NCBI GenBank assembly: GCA_976226885.1
Contig: OZ320314.1
Coordinates: 57,846,001-57,910,000 of the forward strand
From: Iphione sp. A-MEVVRFRX5
Taxonomy: Eukaryota
DNA length: 64,000 nt
Direction of reading: 5' to 3'
In this document: piece after piece, positions 28,201-43,171 of the stretch
Numbering within the stretch: position 1 is the stretch's first letter
Layout: each line of letters opens with the position of its first letter
The notes under the pieces: generated by a model
What the model was told of the DNA's origin: nothing
Seen by the model: only the letters and a program-made list of their open reading frames with translations
Databases searched by the model: none
Position numbers and translations under genes: made by a program

Positions 28201-31200
28201 CATTCGAGTGGGTTGGACAGGTTGAGGTATGAGCAATTGGGCTGTTGACCTAGACTTTGAATACAAAGGCGTCCATTGCTGTCAGCCGCAGGTCTGGCCT
28301 GGCGGGTGAGGATGAGCAGAACGTGACAGCTCATTTACTTGTGAGCTGCTCACTGACACAGCCAGTATCGCGGTCAGCCCACTTCATCCGACCCCCACCG
28401 ACCTTTTGTTGATTTAACATTGTTAACGATCACTCAAAGAGTGTTTTGTCCCTTCCCTCCTCCCTTTTCTTCTTGGTGGCAAATATAGCAGGATTTTGAA
28501 TTTATTCAGCGAAGTTTTGCAACGATAATAAGGGTAATACTCTTGAATATGGCGCATATTGTTATCATTAATGTGATTGAGCGAAAATCATTAATGATAT
28601 TCTTCTCATCACTGACAATAGAACAAATAAAATCTTATCCCCAGGCCACTAGTTTACTGCCAAAGACCAAATGAAATACATAGTACACTTTTTTTACGGA
28701 GAAAGCAGTAACAAATATACATGTACACAAAACGTTTCGAGGGCCGACAGTCATAATGCATTTTCGTCAATGTGTACAGTTGGAAGAATTCTTATGCGAA
28801 TTACTTGCTAAACCACCGTTGCCTCATTCAGTCCTCAAGTACCGGCAATAGACCTATCCAAACGTGCGCAGGTCGAGTGAATGAACCCCGTTTGTCGCTG
28901 ACACACCTGTGTGAGACTGGCCCCAGCCGAGGTCGGATCGTGATGTGCCGTTTGCGTGTGGAAGCCTTGCCAGCCACGCCCGGGCCCCACTTGGCGGCCT
29001 CCACCGGTATATTTGCTGCCCCCAACCCCAACGTTCTGAAGGTTCTATCCCACGCACATTCTCTACCTTGTGAAGTACGCCCGACGCGGCTGGTGAGAAG
29101 CCCGGATCCCAGTAGCTGGGCAACGCCGGCAGTGGAGGCGGCAATGTCGGCTTCACAAAGGCCTGAGCATGCCACGCTCAATTACTCCCCTGTTCTCTAA
29201 TTACGTGGATCCCCCGTCTAGGAAGCCATGGTGCCGACAACATGATACTAATGCCAAAATTTTCCTTCACAGCCCAGGAGAAGCTGTGGAGAAGCGAGAG
29301 ACACACCATACTAAAACTATGTGTGATGGGCGCAGTGAAGTAATCCTCATTCCTTACCCCTTATAGTAGGCCAGTTTCACCTTAGTGTATTTCCGAAAAG
29401 CAAGCCACTCTCTGCTGTTGCCCATCATTACACAGTATCCTGTACTTCTGTCTGCCTTTTGTCGCCCCCCCCGCCTACCCCGGTTGTGGGCGGCACCCAG
29501 GCTCAGTCGCCGCCGTTCCTACACAGATTATCTCCGTGAGCCACTTTGGCAGCTTCTCTTCCTGGGTTTCTCCTGTGCTTGGGGTGCGAAGTGAACACCG
29601 TCGGCCCGGTGCTGAGCAGCCCTGTCACGCACCCTTACACATTACAACAGCGTGGAGAGCGTCGCCGTAGCTCTCAACTAGGGACAAATTGGTCGGCCAA
29701 GGTATCGACCTCCGTCGATTTGCTATTGTTGATTGATTTGCTTTACAACTTAGAGAGGGCCACCTTGCTGCAGGAAGATCTGCTGCTCTCTGTTTACTTT
29801 ACTGGAAGGAGAGGAAAAGGGACCGCATGGCAAGTGCCGGTGATATTATCGTGAGTAGTCTACGGAAAGGGGGCGTTGTGTCCGGGGTATTTGAAACATT
29901 GAACCGTAAGAAAGACTAATACGACCTAACTTACTGTAGACACTCAACATTATTTTTAAATTTTACTTGTTAAAACACGGGTCCAATCAGGCCCAATCGA
30001 CCTGTAGGCAAAATCTAAACCTTCAGGTTAATATTTCCTCAGTCTTATTCGCTGCCAATAGTGCCGCCATTCAGACGTGATTGCCGTTTATACTCGGAAT
30101 TCACCCACAGATGTTGAGCACAACCTTCAGTTCTGATCAATAAATCATTTATAACTAGGTTTAATGGTAAACAGCGCACACGCTCTGGGTAAGTATATAC
30201 TACCATAACGCCAAACAGAATAATAAAATGAACCTCATTTCGCCTTGTTTTGAATTCAGAGAATCGTGAAATCCCAGTCATACACAGAGGACTACTAAAA
30301 TTTGCCGTACATATATTTGGCAGGTGATTACCAGGAGCGTCATAGCAATCACGATACACAATACAAAAATGGAAAGGTACGAGACGGTATTAGTTTTAAT
30401 ACCTTAGCTACTAATTCGGGATTTACACAGCGACGGGCGTGGATGCAGGTATTAGATCCATCACTGTAGTGCTGGTAGAGGCAGCTGCCTATTGTATAAA
30501 TATATGAGGGTGTTTGGGGCTGGAGTGGCCAATGCTGGTATAGATTTATTGCGACCTTTATATATAGTCATCTGTGTCGATATACATGTATCATAGATAT
30601 AACGAAAAAAGGTGTTACTGGTGTATTCTTAAAAACAATGCAGAATATAGCAATATACAAATCAATATGAAAAACGTTGAAGTGACCTCCTGTAATGAAT
30701 AAATATGTCTATCCTTTGCTAATTTCTATGTCATACGTCCATTCAACAATTGCCTTGGAGGTAGAATTACTGAGCGTATGTTCTCCTAGGGCTAATGGTG
30801 TGATTGGCTGACTCAGGATTAGAATTATGTGAAAAATAATATTACGGTAGCATGCCTAATACTGGAGGGCCCGACGAATATACAATGAGATGATGCTTTT
30901 TTAATCACTACACTGTGAGAATATTTTCTGTCTTAAGCTTTTTTATTTTTTATTGAATAGAAATGTTTAATCAGTTACACTTTCAATAAAACGGTGTTAA
31001 TTGCAGTATCTACATAAACTTAGACTTTTAGATATCGAACCTATTCATCTTTCTTCATAAACACTACTGAAGTATTTAAAAAGTGTCAGAAGCTGTCAGA
31101 TACGTTAATCTATTCATTTCTATTAAAATGTAGGTATTAATGCTCATTAACACCTTATTATTTACGAGATATGTTAGACAAAGAGTATCTTAAACTAAAC

Positions 31201-31756
31201 ACTTGTTTTTGCAGTGTATCATCTGTGAACTAAAGCCAATACGAACTTCCATATCTCACTCCTCAGTAATAATAATTGTTGGCCGTAAGGCGCCAAGAGA
31301 ACCAGAACGCCTTCGTTACTTTGGATATGATTGCAACATTTGAGCTGATGAAAAAATAATCATAATAATTCAAGACGTGTCTTCATAGTAAACAATATAA
31401 CATCTAACACCAAGTACAATTGTGGTTTAAGGCAAATTTCAAAGGCATTATACATGTGCACCTGCAGTAAAATTTACATAATAGAAATATTTTCTTTACC
31501 AATAATGAACGTAATCCTTTCGCCCACATCCTTTCAGCATTAGCTGTAATTCCTTCCGGTAGCTTACTTATCGTTGTAATCCAACCTCAATTATAAATGT
31601 GTTTTTTTAAAGACATTCCAAGGTACCTACCCTCTATCCCTTCCCTGGGAAAATTGGAATATTCCAGATTCCTCCATTCTGTCTCCCAACCTCGCTTGGA
31701 TGGGATGTACAAGGACATACATTCTTACATACATATACTTCAGTTTAAATTACTAA

Positions 31757-32060
31757 GGCCGTATTCACATGCATCTGTATTAATTGAAAACGGACACGGA
31801 GCGGTGGATGGATTTTAGCCACCCATAGCAATTGTACTAGAGGGTTCACATGGCTCCGTTTCAAAATGGATCCGGCTCCGTGTCCGTATTCAAAACCCAT
31901 CCCAGATGGATTTTTTACGGATGCAGATCCTTTTTTTTCATAGAAAGCAAGGTTGAAGTGACATCTGGTGTTACATATGGTTAGGACTTGAATAAACACA
32001 GCAGGGGGGTTCCTACGTCTACGGATCCGTAGACGTTTTTTTCTTATGGATCCATGTATA
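31757..32060. mobile_element. Partial Harbinger-like MITE
   Basis: TAA-GGCCGTATTCACATG left end; internal inverted repeat ACGGACACGGAGC (31790-802) / GCTCCGTGTCCGT (31875-87). The right TIR is degraded. Confidence 0.5.
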
Positions 32061-32121
32061 CACAGATAAAACTGATCAGTTCAATGTACTAAGTACTGTA
32101 ATAAATAAAATTTATTTTCAG

Positions 32122-32352
32122 AGGCCGACAAAACACTCAACAAAATGAATGCTCGTAAGTCTTTAATTTTAATCCATCCATACAGATGACATTATAGCAG
32201 AGTTATTCATAAATATTACACGCGATCCATTCTGTTTCAGTACATGAATTTCATCCTGAAGTCGGAAATCATTTGATCATAAACCTGTAGCAAGGAGGCT
32301 GGCTTTAAAACGCCCTATGCATTATGTAGCGACAAAGCGGAATCAATGGAAG
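32122..32352 (+). pseudogene. Two-exon relic of an unidentified gene (32122-32154 + 32241-32352)
   Basis: TTTTCAG|...|GTAAGT and TGTTTCAG|...|GTAATA with compatible phase give ADKTLNKMNALHEFHPEVGNHLIINL*QGGWL*NALCIM*RQSGING, with three in-frame stops. Confidence 0.3.
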
Positions 32353-34199
32353 GTAATACACCTCATCATATGGCAATGCCTCTCTTACCTCATGGATTGT
32401 AGTGTTAAACGTTGTATTGTTTAGAGCTTATTTGTTATTGTGATGGTTTGAAATGCTTTCAACCCCCCTCCTCAATTCTCTTGCTATGCGTGGAGGATGG
32501 CCGTCTAGTGTACCCTTTTATATTCTGTTTACCCGTCCTCAGCTCCACTGGCAGTCAGAGCAGGTCCTTTTTACCCTTCCCTACACCTCCTATGGTTCTT
32601 ATAAACGCCACTCTGTCCACCAATACACAGAGGATGACGCTTATCTATTTGCATGTTGTCATGTCAACCATTGTAGACCCGGTTCGACCGGGATTATCTC
32701 CTCTTCCGTTTCGCTGAGAGACACGCCGACGACCATCTGTCAATCATGCTGCGCCTGCCTTGGTTATAAAGTACACGCCGAGATTATCGGCTATGTATTT
32801 TCAATATCCATCACCGTACAATGAGCTGGCTCTGCTGCTTTGAAATGAGAGCTAAAAATGACACCTTATAATATGGTGTATGCTATGAATAGACAACTTC
32901 TATCCTCACTGAGTATGTGCTTTAAAAACACATCACGTACCTATGCGAGTGTGCATTTCTTTTCCTGCTACTTTTATCTTGATTAAAAATCTGTATCTAA
33001 AAAGTGATGGTTCATTTTTATAATACAGCACCTTAAAGACTGGTACTACACGCTGTTACTCGTATCGTCTCCCTTGTTGCTCGTGTATGTGTTACGATTC
33101 CTTTGTATAGTTTTTACAATTGCATTGTATAGTTTTTATGATGAGTATGAGATTATTAGACCTCCATTTTGAATACGGTCAGAATCAGCAGAAGGGAAAA
33201 TCAATCATGGTCGTACATTTCGTGCCGTAATAATAAGTGGCACAAAAATGGTGTGAGATAAGTCATGGCTGACATTGTGTTGTGGGACAGTCACACCACA
33301 ATACGACCGTTTTTGTTCCTAGATTGTAAATTACTGCACAATTAGACTTTTTCATAGATTACGAAATGAAAAGTAGAAGCCCGATGCTCATCTCCCTAAA
33401 GGTAACCCGAGGGAACATGAGCGTTTAACAAGATTAGATCTTGGTTATAAATATTGAAACACTTGAACGGTAAGCCTGATCCACGGACAGCAACATGGGG
33501 GTGATGTTAATGACATCTTGAAGATCAGTCACGCAGGAAACCTACTTCAAAATACAGTATTTGGCTAGGAGAACAATAGGATGTCAGTCTGAATAAAACT
33601 TCACATGGTATTAGTGTGGCGCTTGGGTCCAAGCTAGGGTGCAAAACTAATTTAGCTCCGTGTTTTTCGTGTGGGATGTTGAGCAGGGAGAGAGCTGAGG
33701 ACGAACTAATTTGCCCGGACAGTTAGGAGTGACAAGGGTGTCGACAAGGGGCGGGTTCATCTGGCTACAGGCAGTTTAACACCCTAGCAGATGTTCTCCT
33801 CATGCCCGGCCAGCCCTTTACGTCACCAAGGCCCACCCCATGAAGTAGGGATACGGCATGGTATTTCCCATCAGATGCGTTCAATGAGCTGATTCCCTAT
33901 GTAGTATGGAAGGGGACCGGCTTACCATGGAGGTGCCTAGGTCAAGTACGCACATTGGTTGCCAAGGCAGGAGGTGTTTTAAGCCGAGATTGCTCCATGC
34001 TCAGGGCCTTCAAAGCAAGGCAATAGATCTAGCTGTAGAGCGTGAACAGCAAGCGTCCATACCTACATCGCTCATATCAAACATGAGAGTATGTACTCAT
34101 AAGTGCAGCAGCATGTTCACTTGCCCCACTTGTCCCATATGCTATAACTATACGTATGACACCATGTGGCGAATGCATTGAAGATTATCTAAGTAGGTT

Positions 34200-34410
34200 C
34201 TTATGAGATTATCCTTCCGAAGTCGGCCGAATGAAACCACACATTCATACTAATGGATTAATGTACATGTCGAGAGCCGCTTGCGCTTGTATATGAGAAA
34301 CCAATTCCCTGAGCTGATTGATTTATTAACGGCTCGGTGAGGGCGAATCGAAAACAGTCTTCCCGTGATATAATCCTCTTATAGCACCATTCTCAGCCAT
34401 CAATGTCTCT
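34200..34410. promoter_or_regulatory. Candidate Pbx/Hox-type enhancer
   Basis: Overlapping TGATTGAT (34315) and TGATTTAT (34319), plus TAATGGATTA and TAATCC nearby. Confidence 0.35.
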
Positions 34411-37400
34411 TAAGAGTGTTCGGAGGCAGTCGTTTTTAGATCAGCCTAGGCAAGATTCGGAGACATTACAGCAAGAGTCATTTGCGTCAGTCTTGTCCTG
34501 TCTCTCGGTGATCGCCTCTCTTTAAGATTTCATCCTCGAGAACATTTAGTGACATTTCATTTCCTTCAAGCATGCCCCTATAACGTTTCTATACGTGCCC
34601 ATATAAATGTATCGGTAATATGTATGCAACTTTCACAGTCACAGGTCTTGTAAATGTGTCATCTTCTTGATTGAGAACAATGTCGGTCCATAAAATATAT
34701 CACAGCATAGGCACATGTTGATGACATTATGTTAAATGTTTATAATGTCCATATGCATGTTTATCTAGCCGAGCAATATATTACCATTAAAAATATCTTC
34801 ACCAGTTCCTACTCAAACGCATACTAAAATTTAAGGTACAGGAAAGGGATCATTTCGCCAGTAAAGTTGCATCATTGCAAGAACGGGAGAATACTTCATC
34901 TTCTCGAAGCGATTCTTGTAACTTGCCGCCGACGTGAACCCACAAATAAAACTGGGTAACTTTGGCACCCTGAAGGAATAATGCCTGAATCTCAACAAGC
35001 ACAGCTTCCTTGGCTTGTTACGCACGTCCTGAGGCGAGGACTGACACGCGGACTATGAATGAATGAACTGCTGGCCACCAGGGCGGGCAGGGGGATGGAG
35101 TAGAGGGAGGGAACCAGGAGGAACGGATCGGGCCGCCAGAGGCGACCTGGCGTATTAGCCATGCAGCGGCAACACATCAACATAGCCGCCACGGAGCCCA
35201 TTGGCCGAGAGGCCGTGATTGACGGTGGCTTTCCCTATCTGGGCGGCCACGGGCCCAACGGCAGGCAGTGGCGTCCGTAGTAGCAGCAGCAGTGGCGCTT
35301 GTTGGGCTGGTGCTACTAGTGGTGGTGGTGGTGGCGGTGGTGGCTAACAGTGAGGAAGAGGCTGAGCACATGTCATCAATCCGTCCCCGCACGGCGCGCT
35401 GCCAGACCCACGCCGGGCCTGGTTGATGACAGTCTGGCCACGACGCCGAGTCTATCGACGGCTCCCTTCGCCTGCCTCCCACCGACCACAGGTACTGCAG
35501 TCAACATCACGCTGACCTATCAAATGATATCCCCAAGGCTGCAAGCAGGTACAGCCCGAACTGGCAAGTCCTACAACAGTCGCACGAGCCCTCTGAAAGA
35601 CACGCTAACCTAACGACAGGAGGACGAAGAGAATAGTTAAATGCAAGCAGAATCGCTCGCGCCCACCTAACCCTTCAAAGCAGTGTTACCACGTCACGAT
35701 CTGACTTCTGCCGGCCTGATTGTCCATGCTGCTCCTGTTGGAGGGAGTGCTGGCTTGACCACAATCACAGCGGCTGTGACAAGCACCCCGGTACCATACC
35801 GCTGCACAGATTCCAAGCGCCGTGACAGACTGCAAGGCGTTGTTTTCATCCACACTGACTGTCCCGTCATGCATGCACTTGACGGCGGCATTTAGATCAA
35901 CACATCGGATGTCTTGACAGCCGCGCCGATCACAAATCTAGAGGGGATAATGCACAGAGACAGAACACGAGAACTTGTAATAAGGCACCAGATTCCTGCT
36001 ATTTGTATCACAGGTAAGGTGAGGGAAGAGGACAGTAAGAAATAGAAGAAAAAGGTCAGAAAGACCGCCCGTATCAAGCCTGCCACCGCCGCCACTACTC
36101 GGGTTTCCCTGGACAGCCAGTGCCTGGGGATTACCTGGTTATTACTTGACCGGGCTTGACATTCAGGTAAGATTAAGACATACTCCAATGGAAAGAAATA
36201 ATTTGTTGGCTAAGATAGTTACATTGCGACTGACATGGAGCTTTTTTTAGTATCACAGAGTATTTTGGTGCATCATTGCCAACAGATATACTTCATTGGA
36301 GATTCCATAAGCATTACGTACAAATTTTGACTCAAGCTCAGTACGATTCCTCTATAAAGTGTCCCTACTCTGTCAGCTGACACAGATTACATGCCTATTT
36401 GGAGTTCTTACCAAGCCACGAAAACACGGCGAAGCACTGGTGTAAAATTGGCCTAATTCGAAGTCTTCAGAGATTTGGCACTTAGGAAAATACCGGCCTT
36501 AGAATCTAAAGATGTTGAGCTATCCTATTTCAACTATCCTCTTTGTAGCAGCACTCCAAGCTGGCCGTGGTGCGTTTTTGTGCTTATGCCGCTGCAAAAT
36601 GTATTTTCACATTCCTAGTCACATCAAGAAAGTCTCAGCGTTCTGTTCATAGAACCATCTTGGGAGTCAGGAATTAATACAGATGGTATAAACAGGACAT
36701 CATTGCAAATGTTATTTCAATTTCTACTCCTATGTTTGAACGTCACTTTTCTCTATAATTCTCATTTGAATAACATTTTATCTGCGCAAACAATAACAGC
36801 TTTGATGCAGGGACAGTCGTTAGTACAGAACAAATGAGATATCGAATAATAGGTGCATTCTTAATTATTAAAATACCCTTTTTCATGTCTCTCATAATAA
36901 ATTTAACTCTTTAATAAAACATGATATCTCAGTAGAGACGAACGTGTCCCGCCATCAGAGTCGGCCGCCTGTCAATTAGCTACCAATACTGCACTGGAGC
37001 AGGAAAGCGCGTGGCATTTAAGTTGAGGGTTTATCTACGCCTTGATCGATCGAATGATCTGTCCGTGCGTTACACAACATGTTAGTCTCTTCGATCGGCC
37101 ATAGGGGCCGATCCGGAAGCCATACAATCAATGCCCGCGAGCACATACCAGGTCTCCTATAGCATTATGTCCTGTGAGAGTGCACTGCTAAGCGAGCATG
37201 AAAAAGTCGCTGAGTGAAGATCTAATGAGTAAGGCCCGTGGCAATTCATATCAATCCACGCCGTTGTGTCTAAATAGCAGAACTGCAAATGAGACAAATC
37301 ATAGCAGTGCATACTGTTGGTATCTAAAAGGCAAGGCACCGGATGAGGTAAGGCACCTACACATTTGGGTCTAAATAGCAGCGCTTTTAAATCTTATGCG

Positions 37401-40324
37401 TCTGGTCATATCTAAAATGAGAGAGACAATTCCTCTAGACTATTTTGTGTATGTAGTAAAACTACATCACTGCAATTTTTTTAAACAGCAAACCTGTGGT
37501 CAGAGTCATTCACCTATGGCTTTAAATCTAAATAACAGAACTTTGAATGTCAGAGACACCAAGCTATCGTCCTCGAATGTGAATAGATGCAGTTGTGATG
37601 TTCATTTTGTGATGTATGAGCAAGATTGAGAACATGCTGTTTATTATGTTTACGTGTTTACATTTGGACGTAGTGGACCAGCAGAAACGTATGGAAAACT
37701 GGCGATATTCTCTGTCAAGCTTTCGACCCAAGATCAGAATGCGGACATGTATACTAGTGCAACGAATCACACTGTGTATTTTCATGACCGCTCGGTCCAA
37801 ACAGAGATATTAATACATTCAGCTCGCGTGGCTAGACTTAGTGTTTCGTGCAAAATTATTTCACTCATATCTAAAATGTCCATGGTTTATGCCTCTTGAG
37901 GAAATGGCTGTGACATATATGCGTATGCAATGACATATTTCGCAGTAAATCTGAAATAACGCGACTGAGGAAAGTACCTCACGCATTTGCTAGGTCCATA
38001 TTGTTTTGGTCCCGTAATGAAGCTTTGGAAATCAACTGTAGAGATCTTTTGTCACAAGATAGCATGTTACAACACAGTTGGGTGGGGAAAAGAGTCCAAA
38101 ACATTGCCGGTGAACGACACAAATGCCGACGAAAGGCGGGAAACGTCAAGCGTTACTCAGCATTAACTATTTGAGAGCACTCGACGTTATTGTCACGAGA
38201 CACTCCTCGGTAAATTCAATTATGACGCTGGACTGCACCAGCGTGATAAATCATTCGGGAAAGCAAAGAGATGAGCTTTCCAATGACAAGGCGCTTGAGG
38301 TAGTGAGGCAATGGAGGGAGGGGATATTGGGCAAGTGCTTGAGCTTTGCACACGCAACAGGGACACAGTCAATGTTAGTTCGACAGGCCGTCTCACCTGA
38401 AAACGTGCGTGTGAACGGGCGTTTCACCTAGGCAGATGCCCCGGTAAGCTAGGGATGGGCCCCTCAGGGTTTATGGGGTGGTCACACGGGTTGTGCGGGG
38501 TCCATCTGGCGCCGCCCACGGCTGGTCCTCTCTTGGCGAGGCGCAAACCATTTGTACTTGCGATACGATTATAGAGTAGCGGAAAGTTGCCCAGGCGACG
38601 TCATGGGCGGGGAAAAATTATGAGGGGAGGGACGTCTTAGTAAACAAGTCCGAAACGTCATGGGTGATGTCTCCGGTCTGCAGATGGCGCCGCGCAGTAT
38701 GGTTACATGGACCGGGAGAGGGCGTGCATGAAACATACGTCTTCAGGACAATGAGGCCGAGGTGAGCTGTCATATGTCACCGGCCCACTGAAGTCACGTG
38801 CCCACGCCGCCACACAAGGGACACTCATCAATCCACATGTACAATGTATACAGGTTATACAAGATAGAACCTTTTCTCTCCTGAGCACAATGTTCACGTA
38901 TACGGGAGAGGATCGCTCAGTTTATGTGAGCATCAAAATAGAAGAGTTCCTACAGAAGAAGATGTATCCTGATATGGGCGCCCACAATGCCGAGGCCATG
39001 CACCTACATGTCTACAATTTTCATAAATACGTGTCAGTGTCATGTCTTTTGTATATGTAAATGTGCAGGCGTTCATAAAAGTAGATTATTGTTAATGCCT
39101 TAGGACCCCTATGCCACATTTTGAATTGAAAGTTATGCTATTATCTGCCAGGTTACCTTTAGCATGAGAAGCTTTGTCCGTATAAAACAAAATGATCCCA
39201 TATGTGGAGAATCTCCGTCTTAATACTAAAAAGAACGTTTACCTCCGACATCATGCTTGAAAATATGCATTTATAGGAAGAATGTCTCAAATTCTGACGA
39301 ACGTTATTAGTAATACATGTATGTGAAAAACAATCGAGAACCACATATCACGATTCTGGTGAGTGTTATCAGTTGGAATATCTGGAAATGCAGTATACCA
39401 AGATTTTTTCTTACCTACCAAAACTGAAATGACGAGGAATATGAGGCAGAGCACCAGATGAAATAACAAGAGGGTCAGTTGTGTCCTGTATGCTCGTTTT
39501 GGTAGTGCGGGCCGCGTCGAGATAACGGTGGCAACATAAATAGTAGGTTATCTCGTGAAACTTCCTCCAAGCTAGAGTTTCATACACACTCTGTCTTAGC
39601 TGAAGACGCACAAACCTTTTTCTGTTATTTGTGCAATCACTATCCTATTACAACATATCCTGATGAGAAGGTTTTTTTTCCAAATACAAACATTGATCAT
39701 ACACGATAATAGGACGGTTGCAGTCACTTGGTGCGTGATTATGCTCCCTTCCTCCACGGTAAAAACAGTAGACAATGCCTTCGTAAGAACTCTCAAGATG
39801 AAATCTTTGTTCTGTATAAACTTTAAATGCAGTGAGGTAAAGTCTTCTATTCAGGGCCAAATATTAATCATTATAAAAAAAAACAGGACAAGGATCGGTA
39901 CTTAGAGAATAACTATCACTTTATATACAGGAAGGGGAGGCAGGACTTCGCATGACCCTCTGTTCACCTCCATGGGACCGCGTCCGTATGTCCCCTTGAG
40001 GGCTTTTTGTTCGGCTCTCGTGTAGTACATACGTTGTTGTCCAAAAAAGACCCTTGTAGCTTGACACAGGTAAACCAAACAGTGACTATGTAAACATGAT
40101 GGGCCTTCACCATCTCTACCAGATGGCGATATTCCTGCATCTCAGTTAGCGTCGCATGGGTGCGATCCAGGTCTCGCTTGTCTTTTGGTCGGAACCCAGT
40201 CAACTATCATTGAGCCTGCTGGACGGGAGCCAACCTGACCAAAGCCGAACACATATTGTATTACAGTTCTCTAGACCTCATCTGAGGCCGCAAATGTAGA
40301 CCTTTTGTTTAGTGAATAGCAATA

Positions 40325-40462
40325 CAGTGGAACCTCTCTACTATGGACAGCAAAGGGACTGACCAAAAACTGTCCATAAAAAGGGGTGTCCTTTATAGCA
40401 GGGGTATGCTTGTATAGATTTGGTTCTGCTTCCAGTCTGTCCATGGTGAGGGGTGTCCACTG
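40325..40462. mobile_element. Tc1/mariner(pogo)-type MITE (138 bp)
   Basis: TIRs CAGTGGAACCTCTCTACTATGGACA / TGTCCATGGTGAGGGGTGTCCACTG flanked by a TA TSD (40323-24, 40463-64). Confidence 0.8.
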
Positions 40463-40689
40463 TACTTGTACGCAGTTCTTGCTGGGTGTCTTACTCGTTA
40501 TGTCGTATTATCTTCCTATATACCATATGTGCAATGATAAAATCTTGAATTAAAAATGGACGATTTTCGTCAGAGAAGCAAATAACACTGGTCATATGGT
40601 CTTACTGCCCTCTAAGAAAAAAAAAGGATCCGGTAAATAAAGGGTCTGACCGCGTTCCTCAAGCAAGGTTCAGTCGGACTGTGTGAACC

Positions 40690-40960
40690 ATGCTCAGTAA
40701 TAGTCCGCTCCGATGGCCGGCCCCAAATGGTGGGACGGCCCGACGACGGCAGCATAGCGTGGCCCGGTCCGTAAACAATAGACAGCAGGGCGGCGTGCTG
40801 CCAACGGCCTGCTCATTCCAAAGCTACCACCGGTGGGGCGATGCCCAAGCCGCCGATACGGCTTTTGGCGAGTCCGCTGAACTATTGTCATCAAACTGGG
40901 CCATTATATCCAAGCTATGGGCGTGTGTGGTCCGCCTCTCTCATCAGACTTGAGTGAGGG
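40690..40960. promoter_or_regulatory. Candidate Fox/Sox enhancer (GC-rich island)
   Basis: GTAAACAATAG composite site (40771-81) and CTATTGTC. Confidence 0.35.
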
Positions 40961-43051
40961 ACACATCAATGGTTGGGGTGTATGTGAATACCTGTTTTGT
41001 AAAGTATACTCCAATACGGCCCATACGCGTCAGCGTCATATCCGTCGGTCTTTTTGAGATGTCATCAGTCTAACATTTTCACGCAGAGACATTTCATTGG
41101 GAAGACGAGGAAGGCGTCCTTTCTGAACGTTGACCTTCAACCTGTACTAGAAAACCACTGATTTCCCACCTCTACTACATATAGTAGGACGCTGATTCGC
41201 AATCAGAATCGGTGGAATGTTACAAAATTGCGCCCATGTTAATGAACGAGTCCAATATCTCATTTTGACTGCATGCCACAGCAATCCACATATAGGTGCG
41301 TATTAATTTAGACATTCAGATAATCATAGAACTGTTGTCAATAACTTTTAGTCTTTCATCATCCCTTTATAGGCTATCAGCTCTTTCACCTACTGATGGT
41401 AAAGGAGGTACACTCAGGGAGAAACAATGTCACCATGTAATGTTACTGTACATGAATGGTCCATTTAAACGTGATGCAATAGAGAATATGATCAATATCC
41501 ATTTCCCGGCCGTAGAGGTAGATTGTGCCGTGTAAAACCTATAAAAAAGTGTATACATAGAACTGAAATCACCCAAGGTGCACATTGTTGGTATTATCGC
41601 CGCTCCTTACGTACTGCCTATAGGGAAATGTTCTAAATTTGGCACATACTTGAGGCTATTATTTATATTTAGACAGGCAGAGGGATAATATTTTACAACC
41701 CTCTCTGGAAGTTTACAACCCTCGGTTCTGCTTCAGTGAACAGGGGGGTGTAGGAATACACCACTCTGTGCAGAAAGAAGAGCCTCATATGTCAGCCTCC
41801 ATGGCCGGACTACTTTCGGACAACGTTTTATATAGGTAGTGTAAATATCACATCCTTATATCCTTTATAGGTCAAACAAGATGAGTTTGCAGTGCTTCTC
41901 GGAATTTTAAGACAGAATTCATCATTAGAAATGGTTGTAATTTAATAAAGGTCACATGACCTTGGAAACATCATAATTTGCTCTGAATATTATCAATACC
42001 ACTCGCCACATCGTCAATAGAAATTACTGACACTTTATGAGTAACTTCCTAATTTACAATATACACGTATCGTTCCACCAGACTAAGGGATTTCATTTAT
42101 GCTTTCAATATATTCACTGTTAATAGATTTAGCTTTTATCATTGGTCAAGAAAATTAAATTGATTGCATAAATCAGCGCCTTGGCATAGCTTGCCCTATG
42201 TATATGCATCAATATTAGGCAATTGTAGCCAATAGGTCTATATACTGTGCAGGCCATGGGGCTTCTCTTCACATGACTCTTTTTACCCAAAAATCTACCA
42301 AAAGCTTCATTTCTATGGGACTATTATATGCATAACCAACTTTGTGATTAAGTCTCAATTTGATGCCTATTATAGCCTCCTCAAAGTTTCTAGACTTTCT
42401 TTTCATCTATCACAGGATATTGCATGCCATTAAAAACTAGGTATACTTGGGACCCTTTCTCTTTCTACTCTACCTTAAGGACCTACCCACTTCAATATGA
42501 CCTAGTGATGACCTAATGTTGATTGCCATAGAACACAGGCGAAAAAGCAGCATATCAATGTTTAAAAATGCCTCAGTGAGCTACAAGACTGGGCTGAAAA
42601 TGATAAGATGAAAGTAAACTAGATCAAGTAGTTTGCCTATTAAGCGATCAATGAAAATACCAGAGTGAAGTGCACTAACCCTGCAGAGGTAACTAAATTC
42701 AGTTACACCTGGCAGTCCTATTAGGCAGGAAACTAAATTTCCGTCTGCATAAGGGAATCACTGATCAACCAGGGTTATGTTAAACTGAAACACTTTCCAA
42801 AAATAAGGAAATGCATGAAGTCCTTACTAGCAGGCAATTTAAAATAGTAAACACAATAATAATAACTCATTATAGATTATGGATTAAGGTTCACTAAAGG
42901 ATTAAGGTTCACTTAAGATAAACACAATTATAAGGTTTTGGACAGGTAAGTAACCTTCAGAAGAAGAATGCACCGATTAGCTCTAAATAAAAAAATACCT
43001 CATGTCACAATCTAGAAAAAGAATTACGGGATTTTAAGATATAAACATACT

Positions 43052-43171
43052 GAGAGTAGGGTATCAAATAAATCCCGGGTATTCTGGTCTCTCAATTCTC
43101 AACAATAGATGGTAGTATGCTACCCCAGGAGGATATGGAAGAGCCCTGCCATGTGATTGGGAATATCCAGT
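43052..43171 (+). repeat. Second partial copy of the SINE 3' region
   Basis: TCTGG(T/C)CTCTCAATTCTCAA..ATAGAT(G/A)GTAGTATGCTA(C/A)CCCAGGAGGATATGGAAGAGC is shared with 18518-18579. Confidence 0.8.

Noticed and set aside
35177-35613. Ala/Thr-rich ORFs
   Set aside because: They arise from GC-rich GGT/GCA low-complexity sequence; no splice structure or homology.
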